From the NCBI GenBank assembly GCA_045541735.1, contig JAZQJQ010000138.1, positions 11,034-75,033 on the forward strand: a stretch of DNA of 64,000 nucleotides, read 5' to 3'. This document shows, one piece after another, positions 1 through 9,351 of the stretch. Each line of letters opens with the position of its first letter. Position 1 is the first letter of the stretch. Under the pieces are notes generated by a model. The model worked only from the letters and a program-made list of their open reading frames with translations, was not told the DNA's origin and did not search any database. This DNA comes from Eubacteriales bacterium. GTDB taxonomy: Bacteria > Bacillota > Clostridia > Oscillospirales > CAG-272. The position numbers and the translations under genes were made by a program.

Positions 1-686
1 GCAAAAGTGTGTTGTGTAGCAGCCGGAGTATCAAAAACCGCATACACTCCGGGCGTTATGAAGAGGTCAACAGTATTTTCATAAACGTTTTTAACAAGCT
101 CACTTTTCACGCCTATATAGTAATCAAGCGCCCGTGTTTCCGTATTCCAGCACATTACACCGTAATCAACTGCGTTATTCATATCCGTAAGCCTTACGGA
201 ACAGCCGGATGCATTATACTTGTTCCAAGCTTTGTTGGGTGATAGACCTAAGAAGGGATATGCGGAAATGCTAAATCCGTTGATGTAGACAATGGTTGCA
301 ACAGGCAGGTTTTCCTGCTTATCGAAGGAAAAACGATTGTAAAGACGCAAACTGCAATCAGCACTTCTGAAATCCGTGGGAAGTATCCCGTGCTCGCTGA
401 TAAAGGCACGGGTAAAGTTCTCCTTTGAGTTAAACCCGTATTCAAAGGCGATGTCTGATATTGGACGGTCGGAAACACACATCACTCGAACTATTTCGGA
501 AATTCTTCGTTTTCGTATATAGTCCGCAGGGGTGATCCCTACAGCTTTTTTAAAAATCCGAAGAAAATGATACTCCGAATAGCCTGCGACGCGGGATAGA
601 CTAACGTTATCAAGGATTCCCGACTTATCACTTTTCAGCTCTGATTCGATAAGGGATATAACCTTTTCAATGCTTTCGCGGTACAT
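1..686 (-). CDS. AraC-family transcriptional regulator with C-terminal GyrI-like effector-binding domain (3' end runs off the window)
   Basis: Manual translation of the minus strand from ATG at 686: MYRESIEKVISLIESELKSD...LSRVAGYSEYHFLRIFKKAVGITPADYIRKRRISEIV...IAFEYGFNSKENFTRAFISEHG (AraC HTH), then a GyrI-like tail. No stop before position 1, so it is absent from the ORF track. Confidence 0.8.
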   Translation of the reverse strand, partial: MYRESIEKVISLIESELKSDKSGILDNVSLSRVAGYSEYHFLRIFKKAVGITPADYIRKRRISEIVRVMCVSDRPISDIAFEYGFNSKENFTRAFISEHGILPTDFRSADCSLRLYNRFSFDKQENLPVATIVYINGFSISAYPFLGLSPNKAWNKYNASGCSVRLTDMNNAVDYGVMCWNTETRALDYYIGVKSELVKNVYENTVDLFITPGVYAVFDTPAATQHTF

Positions 687-753
687 AGCAACACCTCGCC
701 TATATATTACCACTTCCAACAGAAAAAGGATTGATAAAAATTGCGAAAAAGAG

Positions 754-3339
754 TTATCTCTTCATCTCCGCATATTTGCGGACAAATTCGTTTATCTCGT
801 TGCCGACGGCAGTGAGCTCGTCCGCGAATTCCTTGGGTGTCATACGGAGTATGCCCGAATTTACCGCAGAGCACTGCACAAGCCTGTCTGCGGTAACGAC
901 ACGGGCGCTGTAATCGGGGCCGAGATCGTGCATCAGTTTTTCAATAAATGCATCTGCCGTTTGCTCGTGCTTTGTGAACACAACTCTGTATCCGTTGCGC
1001 TCAAAATCAGAGCCCTGCCCCTCCTTTACAAGATAAGCATCGAAAACAAGTATAAGCTCGGTCTTTGTAAATCCAACGTAATTTGCAAGCAATGTCATAA
1101 GGCTCTCCCTTGCATCGTCAAGATTTACTTCGGCAAGCGATTTAAGACTTTCCCAAGCAAATATTACGTTGTAACCGTCAACTATTACGATATTATGCTG
1201 AGGTTTTGTTGCCTTTTTCTTAGGCGTTTTTCGTCTTTCTTCATTCATCACCGTCTTTACTTCGCGGTACTGACGGCGCTTTATCGGTCCAAACGCACGA
1301 AGCATGATCGCTTCAAGTTCTTCGTCACTCAGCGAATATTTTTTTGCAAGGCTCGAAGCCTTAGGAACGGTTATTTCCTCCTTCTTCCCGGAGTCAAGGT
1401 CAACGGTTATATGCTTATATGCATCCACCTCGTTCCACGGAACAGTAAAGCCTGCGCCGTGCGCGCAGAATACGGAATGTGGAGAATTTGCCAGGTCCGC
1501 TTCAGGGTCATATCCGCGTTCAGAGATTACTTCATCGGCATTATGGCATGGTTCGTATCCGTCGGAAACACAAGTCATTCTTCCCTTTCCCGCTGTGTAT
1601 GCGGTAAGCTCTCTTGCGTATCCGTGAAGCTCGGAGACGGGGCCTCTGCCCGAAAGTACGGCAATATCGTTTTCGTTTGAGAGGATCTCAAATTCCGCGT
1701 AACGCGACTGCAATTCCGCCATAGCTCTGCCAAGATTTGCCGACGGAAGCTCAAGACGGAATTTATAATACGGCTCAAGAAGCTCGCACCCGGCCTTCAT
1801 AAGTCCTTGACGGACTGCGCGATAGGTAGCTTGACGAAAATCGCCGCCTTCCGTATGCTTTAAATGCGCTCTGCCGGCAACGAGAGTTATCTTGGTATCG
1901 GTGAGAAATGCGCCGGCAAGCACGCCCCTGTGGCGTTTTTCATACAAATGGGTGAGTATCAACCTTTGCCAATTTGTACTTAACGTATTGTCGGGGACAT
2001 CTGTATCAAAAACAAGGCCGGTTCCCTTCGGTTGAGGTTCCATAAGAAGATGTACCTCAGCATAGTGCCTGAGGGGTTCGAAATGACCTACACCAATTGT
2101 CTTACCAGCTATTTTTTCCTTGTACAGTATCTTGCCGGTATCGAACTCGCAATCAATGCCGATGCGCTCGCGTATAGTTCTTTTGAGTATATCGGTCTGA
2201 ATGTCGCCCATTAGGCGCGCCTCTATCTGAGAAAGCTCCTCATTCCAGCAAAGATGCAAAGACGGCTCTTCTTCCTCTATCTCCTTTAGCTTTGGAAAAT
2301 ATAGATTAACGTCACATCCGAACGGCAAAACAATACGGTACGAAAGCACCGGTTCAAGAACCGGTTTGCCGCAATCCGCCTCGAATCCGAGTCCCTGACC
2401 TATATAACTTTCACTAAGTCCGCTTACTGCGCACACTTCACCCGCACTCACAGTTTCTGTCTGTTCAAATTTTTCACCGGAATATAAGCGTATGCGATCG
2501 ACCTTTTCTGCGATCCTTTTACCTTCGCCGTTAATATAAACTATCTCGTCGCGAACAGACAGCGTACCTCCGGTTACTTTCATATACGTAAGGCGCAACT
2601 GATCCGCACGGCCTATCTTATATACCTTTGCGCCAAAGCGCTCGTCACTGTACACGGGATCAAGGGTAAATCGGTCAAGCGTTTGCAATAAGTAGTCAAC
2701 GCCTTCCGTTTTTAAAGCAGAACCGTAAAGACACGGAAAGAGCCTTCGTTCCGAAATCAACTGAGCTATATCCTCGTCTTCTATCGGTTCATCGGAAAGA
2801 AAGGTATCAAGCAGATCTTCATTTATCATTGCAAGGCGTTCATCAAAATCGTGTTTTGATGAATCTTCAAAAAATGAAACACAGCACGGAGAAAGGATCC
2901 TTGAAAGCTCTGCTTCAAGTTCGTCTTTCAGTTTTATTGCAATATCGCATTTATTTACAAAAATGAATGTTGGAACTCCGTACATTTCAAGCAGCGACCA
3001 GAGTGTGCGTGTGTGGTTCTGCACTCCGTCCGAGCCGCTTATAACGAGCACTGCATAGTCAAGCAGCGCAAGAGTTCTCTCCGTTTCCGCAGAAAAATCA
3101 ACGTGTCCCGGAGTGTCAAGAAGTATAAAATCGCAATTATCGGTAGAAAAGCGCGCCTGCTTTGAAAAAACGGTGATACCGCGCTCGCGCTCTACTTCGT
3201 TAGTATCAAGATAGGTATTCTTATGATCGACTCTCCCAAGCGTTCGGATCTTACCCGATCGGTACAAAAGAGCCTCGGAAAGAGTTGTCTTGCCGGCATC
3301 TACGTGTGCAAGTATTCCAATCACTATCTTCTTTTTCAC
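754..3339 (-). CDS. Translational GTPase (EF-G/TetM-like, domains G and II-V) fused to a C-terminal Rae1/YacP-type NYN ribonuclease domain
   Basis: G motifs AHVDAGKTT, DTPGH, NKCD. EF-G domain V-like LEPYYKFRLELPSANLGRAMAELQSR. Lys-rich linker RRKTPKKKATKPQ. C-terminal approx aa 715-861 (nt approx 757-1197) has VDGYNVIFAW, LVFDAYLVKEG, VVFTKHEQTADAFIEKL and VVTADRLVQ, which match B. subtilis YacP/Rae1 by eye. Confidence 0.85.
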   Translation of the reverse strand: MKKKIVIGILAHVDAGKTTLSEALLYRSGKIRTLGRVDHKNTYLDTNEVERERGITVFSKQARFSTDNCDFILLDTPGHVDFSAETERTLALLDYAVLVISGSDGVQNHTRTLWSLLEMYGVPTFIFVNKCDIAIKLKDELEAELSRILSPCCVSFFEDSSKHDFDERLAMINEDLLDTFLSDEPIEDEDIAQLISERRLFPCLYGSALKTEGVDYLLQTLDRFTLDPVYSDERFGAKVYKIGRADQLRLTYMKVTGGTLSVRDEIVYINGEGKRIAEKVDRIRLYSGEKFEQTETVSAGEVCAVSGLSESYIGQGLGFEADCGKPVLEPVLSYRIVLPFGCDVNLYFPKLKEIEEEEPSLHLCWNEELSQIEARLMGDIQTDILKRTIRERIGIDCEFDTGKILYKEKIAGKTIGVGHFEPLRHYAEVHLLMEPQPKGTGLVFDTDVPDNTLSTNWQRLILTHLYEKRHRGVLAGAFLTDTKITLVAGRAHLKHTEGGDFRQATYRAVRQGLMKAGCELLEPYYKFRLELPSANLGRAMAELQSRYAEFEILSNENDIAVLSGRGPVSELHGYARELTAYTAGKGRMTCVSDGYEPCHNADEVISERGYDPEADLANSPHSVFCAHGAGFTVPWNEVDAYKHITVDLDSGKKEEITVPKASSLAKKYSLSDEELEAIMLRAFGPIKRRQYREVKTVMNEERRKTPKKKATKPQHNIVIVDGYNVIFAWESLKSLAEVNLDDARESLMTLLANYVGFTKTELILVFDAYLVKEGQGSDFERNGYRVVFTKHEQTADAFIEKLMHDLGPDYSARVVTADRLVQCSAVNSGILRMTPKEFADELTAVGNEINEFVRKYAEMKR

Positions 3340-3413
3340 GGCAAGCTCCTTTCCGTTTTTATTTATAATCTTAACATTTTTCCGTCTTTATTGCAACCTA
3401 TATTTTGAATATT

Positions 3414-3451
3414 CAAGAAAAATCGGCAAGGAGCAAATATCCTTGCCGATT
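3414..3451 (-). terminator. Rho-independent terminator after the DUF1622 gene
   Basis: Inverted repeat aatcggcaagg / ccttgccgatt (3421-3451), followed on the minus strand by a U-run. Confidence 0.55.
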
Positions 3452-3453
3452 TA

Positions 3454-3843
3454 TTATTTTTTATCAATAAGTCCCTTTTCATCCTTTTCCATTTTTATTT
3501 CCCAATGAATAAGGATGGCAAGAAGAGCACGGATAAGTATAACAACGGCAAGTATGCCAAGCTCACGCAGATCGCGGACAATTACAGTATTGATTATCTC
3601 AGCGCCCATCTTAAACTCAAGAGCAAACGCAAGTGTTCTGCCAAGGTCGATTATTATTGTTGTGGGTCTTTTTCTTAATACGACCACCAAAAGCTTTGCG
3701 AGCGATCCTATCGATCCAAAAACTATTATAAGGATACCTACAAGTTCCAAAGTATTAACTACAAACTCGGCAAAATACTCAAGAAACTCGGTATATCCAC
3801 CAAGGAACTTTGAAAAGAACTCCATTTCAACCTCCGTTAGCAT
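3454..3843 (-). CDS. DUF1622-like small membrane protein
   Basis: 129 aa with hydrophobic helices. The LGRTLAFALEFKMGAEIINTV pattern is typical of DUF1622 (recognised from memory). 7-nt overlap with the upstream M20 gene. Confidence 0.65.
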   Translation of the reverse strand: MLTEVEMEFFSKFLGGYTEFLEYFAEFVVNTLELVGILIIVFGSIGSLAKLLVVVLRKRPTTIIIDLGRTLAFALEFKMGAEIINTVIVRDLRELGILAVVILIRALLAILIHWEIKMEKDEKGLIDKK

Positions 3844-5270
3844 TGCCTCATCAGGCGGATATAGAATTCAACAGCACTGCGGGCAGTCTCTAAGCGTATA
3901 CTTTCGTTATTACCGTGTATCGAAGCGCGCTCATCGCTTGTAAGATCCATAGCCGAGAAGCGATATACTCTGTCGGATATCCTTCCCCAATGACGGCTGT
4001 CGGAGCACTGCACCATCAGATACGGAGAAACGATACAACCCTTCCAAGTGGAGGCAACAGAACTCGCGACCTTGTTCCATCCTTCGCAGTCCGTGCTCGA
4101 AACACGGCTGGGCTCCATACCGTGAAGAGCCTTAACTTCAACATGCTCATCACTGATAGTCTTACGAAGATATTCGAGACCGCTCTCCATACGGTCATCG
4201 GGGTTAAGGCGGATATTAGATATAAGCATTGCTTCAGGCGGAATTACGTTAGAGGCATCGGATCCCTTCATCTGCGTAAAAGCAACCGTGGTACGCATAA
4301 GAGCATTAAGCTCGCCGCCACTTTTTTTACAAATAAGATCGAGCACCGGCAAAAAGATCCCAATATTAGAAAATATGATCTTGTAAATAAAGGACGAATG
4401 CCTGCCGAGAGTATCAAACATCTGCGCAACGGGCGCTGTGAGATGAGCTTTAAAGGGATTATCAAGTACTCTGCGGCACGCCTTGGCAAGTAAGTCTATA
4501 GGAGCATTCGGCTTTGGAGCGGAAGCGTGTCCTCCGCTTGACTTTACCGTGTAAGATACGTCCATCATTCCCTTTTCGGCAATACCTATAAGTCCGCAAG
4601 GGGCGCTCACTCCCGGAAATACGTTCTGGACGACTGCTCCGCCCTCGTCAATTACAAAAGCAGGCTCGATTCCTTCTTTTTCAAAATAATCAACAATATT
4701 TACTGCGCCCTTGCCGTTTGTTTCCTCGTTACCCGAGAAAGCAAAATAGATATCGTTTTCCGGCACGTAGCCTTCCTTTATCAGATGTTCCGCGGCAAAC
4801 ATTATACCGTTAAACGTGACCTTAGTATCAAGCGTTCCTCTACCCCAGATGCGGCCGTCTTTAAGAAGCGCCTCAAATGCAGGAACATCCCAGCCGTTCT
4901 CGTTAACGGGAACAACGTCATAATGCGCCATCATTACGGCAGGCAGACCGTCGGTTTTTCCCTTCCATCTGAAAAGCATACCTCGATCTTCCATACGTGT
5001 AAAAGTACATTTTTCAAACACATTGGGATAGACAGCCGGCAAAGCATCGATAAACGCTTCAAACTCCGCATTATCTTCAAGCGAAGCATCGCGGTAGGAC
5101 ACGGTCTTGTATCTCACGAGTCTGCGAAGAGCCTCTACGGCAGCATCCGAGTCAAATTGCTCATCGTTTTTTAGTAACTTAGGCTGTGACTTGGGTTTAA
5201 AACAAATTGCACGTACTATAATGACGGCAAAGAATATCAAAATAACAGCGGGTATTATCATCCACCACAT
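3837..5270 (-). CDS. Membrane-anchored M20/M25/M40 family metallopeptidase
   Basis: AHYDVVP, RGTLDTK, SGNEETNG and IDEGG metal/catalytic motifs, with an N-terminal TM helix. Start moved to ATG 5270 (SD aaggag upstream). The track start at 5363 would overlap the upstream gene by 92 nt. Confidence 0.8.
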   Translation of the reverse strand: MWWMIIPAVILIFFAVIIVRAICFKPKSQPKLLKNDEQFDSDAAVEALRRLVRYKTVSYRDASLEDNAEFEAFIDALPAVYPNVFEKCTFTRMEDRGMLFRWKGKTDGLPAVMMAHYDVVPVNENGWDVPAFEALLKDGRIWGRGTLDTKVTFNGIMFAAEHLIKEGYVPENDIYFAFSGNEETNGKGAVNIVDYFEKEGIEPAFVIDEGGAVVQNVFPGVSAPCGLIGIAEKGMMDVSYTVKSSGGHASAPKPNAPIDLLAKACRRVLDNPFKAHLTAPVAQMFDTLGRHSSFIYKIIFSNIGIFLPVLDLICKKSGGELNALMRTTVAFTQMKGSDASNVIPPEAMLISNIRLNPDDRMESGLEYLRKTISDEHVEVKALHGMEPSRVSSTDCEGWNKVASSVASTWKGCIVSPYLMVQCSDSRHWGRISDRVYRFSAMDLTSDERASIHGNNESIRLETARSAVEFYIRLMRQC

Positions 5271-5271
5271 A

Positions 5272-5940
5272 TCAGAGAGCTCCTTTTTTGTAGAGTATTC
5301 TTGCCACAGCGACAGTAAAGAGTACGCCAACAGGAACCATAATGCCGACAGTAGACGCATCAAGCGCAGGAACGAAGATAAAGAGCGCTAACATCAGGAT
5401 GATAGGCGCAACGGAAAGCTTGAGGTTTTTAGAAATAAACACTACAGCAAGTCCGCCGAAAAGAGCAGGCAATATCATATCGAAAGCCGGAACAAGTACG
5501 GGAGATTCGAGAATAGGAGTAAGCGGAACTATGCAGATGACTCCGATTATTATTATTAGCGTTGTTACTATGCTCGAAACAGCAATAGCTATGGTGGATA
5601 TTACCTCGCCTTCCTCGCTGGAAGCCTTTACTTTTGCACGCTCCATTGCATCAATAGCACAAGGGAGTTTGAGGTTTGAGATGTTACCGGTGACGAAAGA
5701 AAGGTAAGTGCCTCCTGCACCAAGCATCGGAACGTAAGTAAATATCTCAACGATTCCGACCGCCCAATACATTGGCGCTGTTGCAATGATTCCCTTTAAA
5801 AGGATCTTAAAATCAGGCAAAGCCCCGAATATCACGGAAAGAACAGCCGGAAAACAGATAAGCACGCAGGCAACGATAATGCCCCATGTCCGTCCGTAAG
5901 CGTGGACACTGTCCATATAAGAACGTTCTGACTTTTTCAT
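5272..5940 (-). CDS. Multi-pass membrane protein of unknown function, partner of the DUF5058-like protein
   Basis: 222 aa with about 6 hydrophobic helices. Start codon overlaps the upstream stop by 1 nt (TAATG). Confidence 0.6.
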   Translation of the reverse strand: MKKSERSYMDSVHAYGRTWGIIVACVLICFPAVLSVIFGALPDFKILLKGIIATAPMYWAVGIVEIFTYVPMLGAGGTYLSFVTGNISNLKLPCAIDAMERAKVKASSEEGEVISTIAIAVSSIVTTLIIIIGVICIVPLTPILESPVLVPAFDMILPALFGGLAVVFISKNLKLSVAPIILMLALFIFVPALDASTVGIMVPVGVLFTVAVARILYKKGAL

Positions 5941-6683
5941 TACATTGCACCTCCCAGAAGGTTAGTAAAGGGGATAGCGCTGGCCATACCGCAAACAAGG
6001 CTTATAGGCAGTGCGTAATCATTTAACCAGCGTATCTTCAGCTTTGTAGCTCCGAGACCGCATATTGCCATAACAACAGCAGAAACAAACATAACGCATA
6101 CAGGTATAAGGCCGCTGAGATCCCCCTTGAAAACTAGTCCGACATCACAGAAAACGTAGCCGAGAAAAGCAGATATCATGCCGAGGAACATAGCGTTATT
6201 GAATATTTCGCCCCATTTTTTGTCCTTCATCGTAACGTTCAAGAGTCCTGCTTGAAGCTTTTTTGTAACAAACGGAACAAACATAAGTCCTGCAGCTATA
6301 CCGACAGTCATTACCCAAGCAACGGTAATGAAAACAGAGGGATCCGTTATTGTGGTACCCGCATTCATACCTGCTGCCTCAAGCGCGTTACCTGCTGCAA
6401 CAGTCTCGTACGTAATGGAGCCTATAACAGAAAGGCGAAGCCAAGGAAGAGCAAGTCCGAGGCTTTTTGAAAGTGCAATTACGCCGACAAGTACTGCTAC
6501 GGCGGGCGCAATGGTAAAGATAGCGGCAGATGAGATCGTTTTTTTAACTGTGCTTGAAGCTATACCAAGCTCCTTTGCACGCTTCATTGCCTTTGCAAGG
6601 AAAAATACCGACTGTCCGAGCACAAGTGCAATTATTGCACCGACTATTATAAACAGTATCGGACTGTTAACGCTGAAATCCAT
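5940..6683 (-). CDS. DUF5058-like multi-pass membrane protein
   Basis: 247 aa, hydrophobic throughout. The N-terminal segment MDFSVNSPILFIIVGAIIALVLGQSVFFLAKAMKRAKELGI resembles DUF5058 (from memory). Confidence 0.55.
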   Translation of the reverse strand: MDFSVNSPILFIIVGAIIALVLGQSVFFLAKAMKRAKELGIASSTVKKTISSAAIFTIAPAVAVLVGVIALSKSLGLALPWLRLSVIGSITYETVAAGNALEAAGMNAGTTITDPSVFITVAWVMTVGIAAGLMFVPFVTKKLQAGLLNVTMKDKKWGEIFNNAMFLGMISAFLGYVFCDVGLVFKGDLSGLIPVCVMFVSAVVMAICGLGATKLKIRWLNDYALPISLVCGMASAIPFTNLLGGAM

Positions 6684-6685
6684 TT

Positions 6686-7624
6686 TTACGCCTCCTTATT
6701 TTTTTCGGTTTTTGCAAAAAATCTAAACGTCATCGGCCACAGACCTCCGCCGACAATGACCATAATAAAATAACGAAAAGCACGGGCAACGTATTCATTT
6801 CCGAACAATGCTTCAAGAGGCGTTCTCATTCCCTCTTTAACGGCAAGCACAAGGCCTATTCCTATAATTACCTTTATTATCTGCGCCCACCATGCAGCCT
6901 TAGTTTCAAAATGAACGAACTTGATATCAAGAGTGTATACGGCGATAAGGCCGAGCATGCAACCGAGAAGGGTGTATGCGTTTTTAACTGCTGAGTTAAG
7001 ATTATGTATATTTGCCTCCGTATAAACGTCCGCGGGAAACGGATAAAGACTTACAAAACACATAAACAGAATTACTGCAAGTGTTATCCCTGTAAGGATC
7101 GCATACATCGTAATCGGCGACTTTTCCGCCTTTTTAAAAAGCGGATAAAGACCGAAGATAAAAACAAGCGCAACGCCAACGGAAACACATACGTCAGCCG
7201 GTGTATGAACGCCGAGATACATACGCGAAAGCGGAACGAGAACGCAAAGCGCAATCATGATGCAGCGCAGTATTTTTCCTTTATTCCATCTTGCGACACC
7301 ACCGAAAAGACCGACAGAAGTCTGCGTGTGTCCGCTCGGGAAAGAATAACCTGATGCCGCCTCCTTTGCGGTTTCTACTATGGTAAAATTCGGGTCCTTC
7401 ACCCAAGGTCTGGGAACTCTGAAGAGCATTTTCAGGAACTGATTTACCGCAGTACCAAGAAATCCAGCGCAAAGAAGATAATATCCCTGATACTTGCTTA
7501 CACACCAGAAGATTATCATTCCGACCGCCATAAAAACGGTCTCCTCGCCGCAGAGGGTAATGACCGAGAACAGTGCATCGAGCACTGAATTTCTCAACCC
7601 CTCAAGAAAATATAGAAAGGACAT
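6686..7624 (-). CDS. PAP2-family lipid phosphatase (membrane)
   Basis: The three PAP2 motifs are present: KMLFRVPRP, SFPSGHT, SRMYLGVHTPADV. Multiple TM helices. Confidence 0.8.
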   Translation of the reverse strand: MSFLYFLEGLRNSVLDALFSVITLCGEETVFMAVGMIIFWCVSKYQGYYLLCAGFLGTAVNQFLKMLFRVPRPWVKDPNFTIVETAKEAASGYSFPSGHTQTSVGLFGGVARWNKGKILRCIMIALCVLVPLSRMYLGVHTPADVCVSVGVALVFIFGLYPLFKKAEKSPITMYAILTGITLAVILFMCFVSLYPFPADVYTEANIHNLNSAVKNAYTLLGCMLGLIAVYTLDIKFVHFETKAAWWAQIIKVIIGIGLVLAVKEGMRTPLEALFGNEYVARAFRYFIMVIVGGGLWPMTFRFFAKTEKNKEA

Positions 7625-7759
7625 AAATACGATCTCCCCTCGTTTTTTTACATTCTATCACAGATCAGCCTGCAATTCAACAATTTTCGCCGTTTTGGTA
7701 AATAGTTATTGAAAATATGCGCTCAGATATGGTAAAATTGAAAAAAACAGGAGGCGAAA

Positions 7760-8125
7760 ATGGACCTGAAAGAGCGCGCAAGCAGATTAAAAACAGATGT
7801 TCCCGCCGTGTTTCTTGCTCTGAAACATAAAAAAACTCCGTGGTATGCAAAGATAACCGCAGCAATTGTTGTGATATATGCGCTCTCCCCGATCGACCTT
7901 GTTCCCGATTTTATTCCATTTTTCGGGTTTCTCGATGATCTCATCATCTTACCCGCGCTTATTACACTGACGGTCAAATGGATACCGCATCAGATCTTTG
8001 AAGAGTGCAGAACACGTTCCGAAGGAATGTGGAACGACGGAAGACCCGAAAAATGGTACTACGGTATTCCCTTTGTGTTAATTTGGTTACTTATCATCGC
8101 GCTTATCGTGTGCGCCGTTATATAG
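7760..8125 (+). CDS. DUF1232 (YkvA-like) membrane protein
   Basis: YALSPIDLVPDFIPFFGFLDDL is the characteristic DUF1232 core. Confidence 0.7.
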   Translation: MDLKERASRLKTDVPAVFLALKHKKTPWYAKITAAIVVIYALSPIDLVPDFIPFFGFLDDLIILPALITLTVKWIPHQIFEECRTRSEGMWNDGRPEKWYYGIPFVLIWLLIIALIVCAVI

Positions 8126-8133
8126 GAGGAACT

Positions 8134-9351
8134 ATGAAATACGATTTTGTTTCCGTAATAGATAGGAAAGGCAAGGATGCGCTCGCCATTGACAGCATCG
8201 GAAACGGATATTCACCCGATAAGCCAAAGAACGGCTTTGACATTATCCCTATGTGGGTCGCTGATATGAACTTTGCTACCGTCCCCTCTGTATGCAAGGC
8301 TGTAGCAGAACGTGCAATGCATCCTACCTTCGGATATTTTGAACCCCGCAAGGAATACTTTGATTCAATAATCCGCTGGCAGAAGGAGAGAAACGGTGTA
8401 ACCGGCCTCAAGCCTGAATACATAGGTTACGAAAACGGTGTTCTCGGTGCTATGCTCAACGCTATGGCGACCTTCTGCTCCAAGGGCGACAGCGTGCTCG
8501 TCCATTCTCCTACATACGCAGGCTTTACCGGATCGCTTTCGAACAGCGGTTACAGAATCGTGCATTCCCCCCTCAAGCGCGACAGTGACGGAATATGGCG
8601 TATGGACTACGAGAATATGGAACGGAAGATAAGAGAGAACAGCATCCATGCTGCAATTTTCTGTTCTCCCCACAATCCAACAGGCAGAGTATGGGAGAAA
8701 TGGGAGATAGAAAAGGCATTATATCTCTTTGAGAAATATGACGTATACGTTGTCTCCGACGAGATATGGTCTGATATCATACTTGGGGATAATAAGCATA
8801 TTCCCACTCAGTCTGTAAGTGATGAGGCAAAAAACAGAGTAGTTGCTCTTTACGCGCCCTCAAAGACCTTTAACCTTGCCGGTTTGATTGGCTCTTATCA
8901 CATCATTTACAATAAGCGGCTCCGCGACAGAATCAGAAAAGAGTCCTCCATCTGCCACTACAATAATATGAACGTACTGTCTATGCACGCCCTCATAGGC
9001 GCTTATGCCGACGAAGGACACGAATGGACGAATGAGCTTTGCGAAACTATCACCGAAAACGTCGAATATGCGCTGAATTTCATCAATACACGTTTCAAGG
9101 GTATTTCCGTATCAAGGCCGCAGGGAACGTATATGATCTTCCCAGATTGCAGTGAATGGCTCAAAGAGCATAACAAAACCATCGAAGAGCTTGTAAAAAT
9201 GGGTTGGGACGTCGGAGTTGCCTGGCAGAACGGAAAAGTCCACGGCGGAACTAACCATATAAGAATAAACCTCGCTCTCCCTCTATCAAGAGTAAAGGAA
9301 GCGTTTGATAGACTCGACAAATACGTGTTTAATCCCAAAGAAACAAAATGA
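8134..9351 (+). CDS. MalY/PatB-family PLP-dependent C-S lyase (cystathionine beta-lyase-like aminotransferase)
   Basis: MKYDFVSVIDRKGKDALA N-terminus and PLP-lysine motif YAPSKTFNLAGL. Start placed at ATG 8134 behind SD aggagga (8124-8130) rather than the track start at 8005. Confidence 0.85.
   Translation: MKYDFVSVIDRKGKDALAIDSIGNGYSPDKPKNGFDIIPMWVADMNFATVPSVCKAVAERAMHPTFGYFEPRKEYFDSIIRWQKERNGVTGLKPEYIGYENGVLGAMLNAMATFCSKGDSVLVHSPTYAGFTGSLSNSGYRIVHSPLKRDSDGIWRMDYENMERKIRENSIHAAIFCSPHNPTGRVWEKWEIEKALYLFEKYDVYVVSDEIWSDIILGDNKHIPTQSVSDEAKNRVVALYAPSKTFNLAGLIGSYHIIYNKRLRDRIRKESSICHYNNMNVLSMHALIGAYADEGHEWTNELCETITENVEYALNFINTRFKGISVSRPQGTYMIFPDCSEWLKEHNKTIEELVKMGWDVGVAWQNGKVHGGTNHIRINLALPLSRVKEAFDRLDKYVFNPKETK

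Noticed and set aside
754-3339. Calling the GTPase a TetM/TetO tetracycline-resistance determinant.
   Set aside because: The similarity is only at the level of the EF-G/TetM superfamily. The extra NYN domain and chromosomal context argue for a different function. Resistance cannot be inferred from sequence reading alone.
8005-8133. N-terminal extension of the C-S lyase ORF that overlaps the DUF1232 gene.
   Set aside because: The extension is out of character (Arg-rich). A strong SD plus ATG at 8134 gives the canonical MalY/PatB N-terminus.
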